This document shows positions 10,401 to 14,437 of a stretch of DNA of 22,131 nt, piece after piece; the first letter of the stretch is position 1, and the number at the start of each line of letters is the position of its first letter. The stretch lies in contig JBHLSH010000068.1 in assembly GCA_048881705.1 (NCBI GenBank), positions 1 through 22,131 on the forward strand. The letters are read 5' to 3'. This DNA is from Candidatus Heimdallarchaeota archaeon (lineage in GTDB: Archaea; Asgardarchaeota; Heimdallarchaeia; Hodarchaeales; Hodarchaeaceae). Made by a program: the position numbers and the translations under genes. The notes below the pieces were generated by a model. The model worked only from the letters and a program-made list of their open reading frames with translations. It was not told where the DNA came from and ran no database searches.

Positions 10401-11407
10401 AGCTTAAGAAGCGTCTCAATAATCTCATTGATGCAGCAAACTCTTCATTAGCATATTATTCTTTATTGGATCCAACTTACGTAATGCCACTTGCGTTTAA
10501 CGGTATCACGTCGGTCAAACTATTGATTCAGAGTGAATTTTCACAGATTCGGGATAATATGGGTATTCTTGATGAAAATGAATATAATACAGCCCGTTCA
10601 TCGGTGAACCTTGTTAACATTCTGACCCATAAGAAGACTGAATCGGAATTTCGCGTAAAACTGTCTTCACTAAGGGCCTTTACCCCGAAACAACTAGAAG
10701 TGGTTCAAAAATTGGGAATAGACAACGTGGTTGACTTATATTTTCTTCTAGATCCAGATAAATCCCCTAAATCAGTAGCAAGTTCTGTGGATAGCGTCAA
10801 AAGGGTCTTAGAGAAGCCTTTTGCATCGTTAACTAGTATTAGTGCACCGAACTTAGCATCAAAGGTGGCCTTGTTATTTAACGCAGGAATTACTTCGATT
10901 ATTGAATTCCTTTTTTGGCCTAAATCTGATCTCGCTGAGCTCTTAGAAATTAAGCGATATGAACTAAACAGGTTTAGAAAGATTAATCTCGGTGATTTAA
11001 GAAGGAAAAAGCTCGGTACCCCTCTCGAGAACTTCGTGAGAGTCCCTGAAGAGTATATCGAACCTTTAAACGAATATGGCATTGATTTCATCGAAGATCT
11101 TTACTTCTACCTTAAACGTTATCCAACATTAATACCTGGGGATATGATTCCAGGAAAAATACTAAATGAATGGATCAAGGATCTTGATTCGCCGATTGTG
11201 CGACTAGCGGGTTTGCCTATTCCGGTTACTCAGGAATTAATCACAAAGGGAGTAAATCGAATCATTGATTTCTTATATTGGCCTGTGGATGAACTAAAAC
11301 AGGTCTATGGCTTATCAGAAACTAAAATCAAATCAATTAAGAAAAATGTCCGTTTAAGACGAAAAACAGATGTATTGGGACAACTAGACAAGTTTATGGG
11401 AGAATAG
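4439..11407 (+). CDS. top6B: DNA topoisomerase VI subunit B with a giant C-terminal (HhH)2-repeat extension (~2,322 aa)
   Basis: The first ~570 aa show SAADFF...AGFDN, RELVENGLDA (N-box), DNGSGI, QSRGRFGLGAK, GTEV, an H2TH (FQGIGAKTAKDFL), transducer RFANRIPLLF, the WKxY motif (WKNY), SKEYIA lysine and a stalk helix EEINRVLRKLAR...ERERREK. The ORF then continues without a stop for ~1,750 aa of helical repeats. Immediately upstream of top6A. Confidence 0.93.
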   Translation: MTKATKSAKTQRPKSTSDSKVAQEKVVKRSAADFFQDNKAIAGFDNTMRVVFTSIRELVENGLDAAERVGHLPEIRVIIQRLSRDEIAKLLNITQFDSSDKIDFLRLTVRDNGSGIQSEFVPPLFGRVLTGSNYGARQSRGRFGLGAKMVLLNAMSSVDLPLVIKSKHLNEDFTSYHELMINLAENEPIIINRREVPQGTTEAIPNSGTEVSVTFTGAWGLAARYVYEYFSQLALITPYASFYIQYPDSDVPVEMERVVEEMPPYPQIAKVHPWGTDITQFKRELAVTRVSTMEQFLQEHFQGIGAKTAKDFLEFVGIQADKSPDKLEASEIRRIVHEGFVMPDSDPKKRRTQKYFPFKRPSGDSLAPLGENLLAKGIEKELTPQFVRAASGDVSAYSGHPFVIEAALAYGGPNLSGEIGSPRIYRFANRIPLLFGAGNDIITKCVQKMNWKNYKISINKSPIAIVVSVVSSKIPFPETSKEYIADVDELREEINRVLRKLARGLSQHLGRAERERREKQRQSRFESAAPKVLRNLMNIVKDTPFILESHEEVAKLEKALASAVPRLVRRKYPPSPAISSIGEWLPTETYGTLVENDFQTIFQFLRASNVELSKITGFGEDRIDDIKRRTVNDQERSKQAPLMREFEIFNKNIEDDFSKYRDMLRIHKAFNKRWIVSSLDLFATPVSQLRYIEGFPEKLIYDCKSKAVEIQLKHSSSETIAMENAEWMTDNLLKNFRKAKIDTLFDYIIGFPEKLAQIPSLNRRLIEWAKDEIKGGIKAGYIDPESVIGAASFDWMDYKVTPRLRGRKISKIKEFLQTPSETLAELPELAENLILRSKQLFKDKLEDFNDPDSLMAIPGISESMQSDLTRLEIRGLVDFLLKGENELHILRGFTNQLINMKLDEIYEEIIQNHEAFPIKNALWLDPDLESQLKSFGINYVYDFVKTASSELEKIKGMDPHILRTIKSVYGTPIPFFTPDEMISLESKKIFCLEELYTAINNQLLPSGALGTKAKDLLDILSQPICFLPVSGKYYLLFHNLGVSRIFDLLIWNDADLHKTTKVSYQVIDQIKSTLSLDQIRELIEEKSIPISALAGNLKGKEWTSLLESGSGVQALYYALPYSNRELGELNLTDKMRKQLARLFRTPVTNLPQIKSKWVSRLHSNGISTFIELISWPREELVRILGRERSFVDNLFSEFPPFRSGMPLISLGVFSATEMKTLRDSGFETVEDVYFGFKKELFSIMGVKWKKIERYQRRLETPIAMLQLATTAEGSKIRISHAGIERLATNAIDQIIKLVYWDNPQLKTILKMSDERVQELKRSIAIKEEGMPLGRVSGFTRKVAATLTGYGIETVEDLYFSASEDMLDEEDDLQWDVVKKAMEALDLPISYLTGVIPDDYLEKLIGKRIDTIIRFLITSPEELSSVLGTPIDNIENFQQKINLINLRESAETSISILDGLKRKDIATFANEGILTVFDFLTSPDEQISSVLAIDVKKVESMKKDIHFSSIETIKEEKMIPLSSIAIFDRKTVKKLARLGIESLSDLYYVATSKNLEESPVEWQEILDARIVLDMPLIASSEVSHEEIEILRKAKIVRILDLMMDTTETLEKRTKLSSDRIEAIKKSINFNEILSLIKSLSSLKLDFPPDYKRKIQTLDLQTVYDLLAHPDPEFYLGKLNDRAYRIDSTNWESLFSVLSIPISLILGLDPPTIKLLNRKQIRTMRDALVASEARLEGVEGIEPTEFISDLKALSFSEIFQFKQIPMVFIPNLPTEFIFPLIDNKITRVDHLLDASNSDVAAALETSSTRIRKILSNLSMSTTIKSMEDNSTPLDQFSSLVSKSTLQKLSNIGISTIQELYLHDREQLSFNGLSELFAFLDLPINRLSTDIPTGDLRKLSQYGINTLFRWFFIPNPNLSKILGMEISEIAEIKKEFDPETASSAKLSETDVPLKAIVETGYIDFDELEKLGIRTLEDMLFANLETLECSDKLKKRLNNLIDAANSSLAYYSLLDPTYVMPLAFNGITSVKLLIQSEFSQIRDNMGILDENEYNTARSSVNLVNILTHKKTESEFRVKLSSLRAFTPKQLEVVQKLGIDNVVDLYFLLDPDKSPKSVASSVDSVKRVLEKPFASLTSISAPNLASKVALLFNAGITSIIEFLFWPKSDLAELLEIKRYELNRFRKINLGDLRRKKLGTPLENFVRVPEEYIEPLNEYGIDFIEDLYFYLKRYPTLIPGDMIPGKILNEWIKDLDSPIVRLAGLPIPVTQELITKGVNRIIDFLYWPVDELKQVYGLSETKIKSIKKNVRLRRKTDVLGQLDKFMGE
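6164..11350 (+). repeat. Protein-level tandem array of ~28 (HhH)2/HHH_5-like units of ~50-65 aa within Top6B
   Basis: Recurrent pattern P[IL]xxLxx(h)xxxxxxxLxxxG[IF]xT[IV]xD[LF][LY]...eLxx[IL]xG[hs]xxxIxxIk. Examples: PAISSIGEWLPTETYGTLVENDFQTIFQFLRASNVELSKITGFGEDRIDDIK; PIKNALWLDPDLESQLKSFGINYVYDFVKTASSELEKIKGMDPHILRTIK; PLGRVSGFTRKVAATLTGYGIETVEDLYF; PIVRLAGLPIPVTQELITKGVNRIIDFLYWPVDELKQVYGLSETKIKSIK. Count is by eye (+/-2). No nucleotide-level identity between units is evident. Confidence 0.85.
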
Positions 11408-11412
11408 GAGGT
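11406..11412 (+). promoter_or_regulatory. Shine-Dalgarno (AGGAGGT) for top6A, overlapping the top6B stop codon
   Basis: TAGGAGGT includes top6B stop 11405-11407 and lies 7 nt before ATG 11420, so the N-terminal extension of Top6A is very likely translated. Confidence 0.85.
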
Positions 11413-11419
11413 TTATCTT

Positions 11420-11674
11420 ATGGCTACAGTCGTTATAGAAGATGCAACAGGTCTTTCAAAGAAGGTTATCCAAAGCGAAATAGAGGAAGATAGTTCAGTC
11501 CGAATCATCCGGACTCTGGTGAAAAAGGAACTCGATTTAGGGAAACAACCTTTTCAGGTGTTTTTCGGGAAAAGGCAAGACAAGAACTTTAAGGAGCTTA
11601 ATGAAAGAACTATAGATGGATTTAAGGAGCTTAAAAAGGATAATATAGACCTAGTATTGCGTATCCGAAGAAAA
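11420..11674 (+). other. Putative ubiquitin-like (beta-grasp) domain at the N-terminus of Top6A
   Basis: MATVVIEDATGLSKKVIQSEIEEDSSVRIIRTLVKKELDLGKQPFQVFFGKR...ERTIDGF...IDLVLRIRRK aligns by eye with ubiquitin [67 protein letters not shown]. Shared elements: TG turn, KxIxxExE strand, amphipathic helix, F-GK, RT, LVLRxR. No terminal GG. Confidence 0.65.
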
Positions 11675-12820
11675 ATCGACCTAACCAAACTGCAAAGCCT
11701 TCATAAAGTTGTTTCAGATCAGGATATTGATCTTCCAGTAAGCATATTGAAGGTCGATAATGTTGAGCCATCAGAAACAAAACGCAGGTTACAAGATGTA
11801 GCTAGAGAGTTTCTTGAGGAAATTGCTGTCAGTCCGGACGGAGCCGCTTTTCGTATTCCAGCGCGTAGTTCCGAAAATGTAGGTTATGATGATAGCTCAA
11901 AAATGGTTCTTTTGGGGAGTCATGTTGTTGATCGTCAGTTTCGTCATTTAAGTAGCGTTCAAGGAATTGTTCAGCTTACAGGCCTTATGCGGTACATTGA
12001 TGAGATTCTTGACGCAGAAAAACATGCCACGAAGCGCCATTTATTCTATAGGGATGTGAATCTATTCGGGAACCAACGAGTCTCTGATACCCTGATAGAG
12101 GATTTAGGGGCCCTTCTTCGAGTGTCTCGTAATTCTCTAAACGTAATTGCTTCTGCCAAAGGCAAAATTATAGGCAGATTGTCCTTTACAGAAGGTGGAG
12201 ATTTCATAGATTGTACCCAGGGTTTGGGGGGGCATGCTATTACGCCTATGCTGGATCAAATAGATAATTTTGAAAGCGACGCGGAATTCGTTTTGGTAAT
12301 TGAGAAAGACGCAGTATTTCAAGATCTGGCTGAGGATAAGTTCTTTAACTATATACCTTGTATTCTGGTTACGGCCTCAGGTCAACCTGATATGGCTACA
12401 CGTCTTTTTCTCAAACGATTGTATGAGGAGGTGAAACTTCCTATTTTGGGATTTCTGGATGCCGATCCATATGGATTGGACATCCTTCGGGTATATAGCA
12501 TCGGTTCAAAGGCCTTAAGTTTTGAATCCGTTGAGATGGCGATTCCAGATATTCGTTGGTTAGGTTTACTTCCCTCAGATATAAAGGAATATCAGATCCC
12601 TAAGTCGGTGCTTATCAAAATGACAGATAATGACATTAAGCGAGCTGATGATCTTCTTAAGGAGGATTTCGTTCGATCACGGCCTGAGTGGGAGAGGCAA
12701 ATCCAAATTATGAAGGATACGGGTCACAAGGCCGAAATTCAGGCCCTGGCGTCTAAAGATTGGCGGTTTATGACGAATACCTATCTCCCGAGCAAGCTAG
12801 ACTCTGGTAGTTGGGTTTGA
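11420..12820 (+). CDS. top6A: DNA topoisomerase VI subunit A (Spo11 homolog) with an N-terminal ubiquitin-like extension (466 aa)
   Basis: Winged-helix ATKRHLFYRD with putative catalytic Tyr210 (12047-12049), LNVIASAKG, TOPRIM FVLVIEKDAVF, ASGQPDMATRLFL, DADPYG, IRWLGLLPSD, KAEIQAL and C-terminal YLPSKL..GSWV. About 100 aa longer at the N-terminus than typical Top6A. Confidence 0.96.
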   Translation: MATVVIEDATGLSKKVIQSEIEEDSSVRIIRTLVKKELDLGKQPFQVFFGKRQDKNFKELNERTIDGFKELKKDNIDLVLRIRRKIDLTKLQSLHKVVSDQDIDLPVSILKVDNVEPSETKRRLQDVAREFLEEIAVSPDGAAFRIPARSSENVGYDDSSKMVLLGSHVVDRQFRHLSSVQGIVQLTGLMRYIDEILDAEKHATKRHLFYRDVNLFGNQRVSDTLIEDLGALLRVSRNSLNVIASAKGKIIGRLSFTEGGDFIDCTQGLGGHAITPMLDQIDNFESDAEFVLVIEKDAVFQDLAEDKFFNYIPCILVTASGQPDMATRLFLKRLYEEVKLPILGFLDADPYGLDILRVYSIGSKALSFESVEMAIPDIRWLGLLPSDIKEYQIPKSVLIKMTDNDIKRADDLLKEDFVRSRPEWERQIQIMKDTGHKAEIQALASKDWRFMTNTYLPSKLDSGSWV

Positions 12821-12860
12821 TCGTCCGAGAAGAATCGCTTTTTCCCCTCTGCTGAGACTA

Positions 12861-13538
12861 ATGATGCTGTCGATGTCGTTCTTCATCGTTCCAGGCTTTG
12901 AAAACGTCGATCATGGGGAAGTACGCCGAATATTAGATCTTGTTCAGAGCGTCATTGCTTTCTCACAGGGTCAATCTCTGGATAAAAAAGCCATTGGTAG
13001 GATCACTAAAAAATTGGGGGCTCGTATGTTTGGCAGCGAGTTATTTCCTGGGGGGTCCAGTGTCCTTTTTGCTTGGCGTTTCCCAATCGAAAAACTCGGG
13101 GCTGTTGTGGTAAAACCTTACTATAGCGGCACAATTACCCGCCTTCTAATCCATTATTTTACCCAGATTGACTACTTCCAAACGTACAAGGATAAAGAAT
13201 TCCTGTCTCCGAATGGGAAGGTAATCTTACTCAATATTCCTCAGGTGGTTGGCTTCGCGAAGATCGAAACCTTTAATCGTGAATTTCCAACTTTATTGGT
13301 GGAGGAAGCGGTGGGAGAATCTATTCAAACAAATCCGACCTTGATTCGCCAAGTAAGCCAGATTGCGCGTCAAATGGCTTCGGAAGGCCTCATTTTCGAC
13401 TTTTATCCTTCAAATTGGAAGCTTCATGGAAAAAAACTAACCTACGTGGATCTGCTGAGCTCAAATAAACTAAAAAATTTGAAAAAAAGAATTACTCAAC
13501 TATTGGAAAAGATTGAATCTCCTGCGGCCAGAATGTGA
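12861..13538 (+). CDS. Hypothetical protein with a minimal protein-kinase-like (atypical RIO/Bud32/APH-like) fold, ~225 aa
   Basis: Motifs in kinase order: Gly-rich loop LFPGGSSVLF, beta3 lysine AVVVK85, IPQVVGF strand, hinge LLVEEAVGES, helix then GLIFD180FYPSN185 (DxxxxN catalytic loop) and YVD197L (DFG-position Asp). Very short C-lobe. Start may be ATG 12861, 12864 or 12873. Confidence 0.6.
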   Translation: MMLSMSFFIVPGFENVDHGEVRRILDLVQSVIAFSQGQSLDKKAIGRITKKLGARMFGSELFPGGSSVLFAWRFPIEKLGAVVVKPYYSGTITRLLIHYFTQIDYFQTYKDKEFLSPNGKVILLNIPQVVGFAKIETFNREFPTLLVEEAVGESIQTNPTLIRQVSQIARQMASEGLIFDFYPSNWKLHGKKLTYVDLLSSNKLKNLKKRITQLLEKIESPAARM

Positions 13539-13553
13539 CTTCCAATGGTTGGA

Positions 13554-14105
13554 TTATAACTCCCCGTCACGGTAATAGACCGCACGTCTTATTGCTGAAG
13601 CAAAGGCAGTTCCGACTCCCCTTCCCGTGACCGCAGAGGTGGGAAAATATGGCGCATTTAATTTATCCGCGAACCTCTGTCCGATCTCATCCTGGAATTC
13701 TCTGTTTTTGATGTCAATTTTATTTGCGCAGAGTACCGCTGGCACAGTTCCAAGCGTTTTTTTAACTTCTTTCACCCAATGGGGAAGTGAAATAAGGGTA
13801 GATTCTCGTGTGACATCCGCCACGTAGATAACCGAGTGTGCTCCTTCATAGAATATGGGACGAACCTTATCAAAGGTTGGTTGGCCAGAAAGATCCCAAA
13901 AAATCGCTGTTGTATGGCCTTCAGTCTTCTCAGGGGCTCTGATCTTTAGGAAAGAGATATCGGCGCCAGCTGTTGGCTTATGCTCAAAATCTCTTTTGGT
14001 AAAGACGGATACAAGCTGAGTTTTCCCTACCAAGGGATCCCCCACTATTACGATCTTGTATTGAGCATGATGTGGGATTTCAAAGAGAATTTCTTCTTGG
14101 GACAT
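13554..14105 (-). CDS. Rab-like small GTPase (Ras superfamily), ~183 aa
   Basis: G1 GDPLVGKT, G2 PTAGAD, G3 WDLSGQ, FYEGA (Rab YYRGA-like), G4 NKID, G5 TSA; no C-terminal Cys. I chose ATG 14105 because GGAG lies 9 nt upstream; the alternative start is 14120. Confidence 0.93.
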   Translation of the reverse strand: MSQEEILFEIPHHAQYKIVIVGDPLVGKTQLVSVFTKRDFEHKPTAGADISFLKIRAPEKTEGHTTAIFWDLSGQPTFDKVRPIFYEGAHSVIYVADVTRESTLISLPHWVKEVKKTLGTVPAVLCANKIDIKNREFQDEIGQRFADKLNAPYFPTSAVTGRGVGTAFASAIRRAVYYRDGEL

Positions 14106-14250
14106 GATAAATAACTCCATTCAATTGATTTTGAAAGGAAAGATCGAAGATCGGATTATTGTTGAAATTCTTGTCACGAAAGCTCCGTATATGTCCGGTT
14201 ATAAGAGCTATAAAGAACCCTTTGGAGATTCCTCTTTAAAACTTTCTTTA

Positions 14251-14406
14251 TTATTTCTCTGGTTTACTGATACCTGATGCCAAATCCTTTCCTTCTGCCT
14301 TTAGGACTCGCTCTAAATGTTTTACACAATAGTATTTGGCTTTGTAGCTTGCGTAGTAAGCTTCGCCACAAATAGAACAATTCTTGGGGGAATTTGGAGA
14401 CTTCAT
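14251..14406 (-). CDS. Small putative zinc-finger protein (C-x2-C-x13-C-x2-H), ~51 aa
   Basis: MKSPNSPKNCSICGEAYYASYKAKYYCVKHLERVLK. ATG 14406 has AAGGGA just upstream and lies 31 nt downstream of the stop of the preceding minus-strand gene. The ORF track starts it at TTG 14451, which would overlap that gene. Confidence 0.6.
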   Translation of the reverse strand: MKSPNSPKNCSICGEAYYASYKAKYYCVKHLERVLKAEGKDLASGISKPEK

Positions 14407-14437
14407 TTTGATCCCTTTGTTACTTAAGAAAATTCCT

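Noticed and set aside
6164-11350. Top6B extension as an intein, a real Topo V catalytic domain, or a read-through of a separate gene
   Set aside because: No intein termini or LAGLIDADG motifs, the extension is terminal rather than internal, no Topo V catalytic domain is recognisable, and there is no stop or convincing SD+start at the junction. Only the repeat architecture resembles Topo V.
11420-11674. Ubiquitin precursor that is cleaved and conjugated
   Set aside because: The domain ends LRIRRK with no Gly-Gly, so it cannot be processed or activated in the canonical way.
115-12322. Short antisense or alternate-frame ORFs inside gyrB, gyrA, top6B and top6A (e.g. 1546-1974, 2718-3233, 8632-8973, 10000-10428, 10705-11091)
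   Set aside because: They lie wholly or almost wholly within conserved long genes, have no recognisable motifs, and show the Ser/Phe/Ile-rich composition typical of shadow frames.
14190-14250. TATA/BRE promoter for the GTPase gene
   Set aside because: Several AT-rich TATA-like words occur on both strands about 100 nt from the start; none can be singled out without TSS data.
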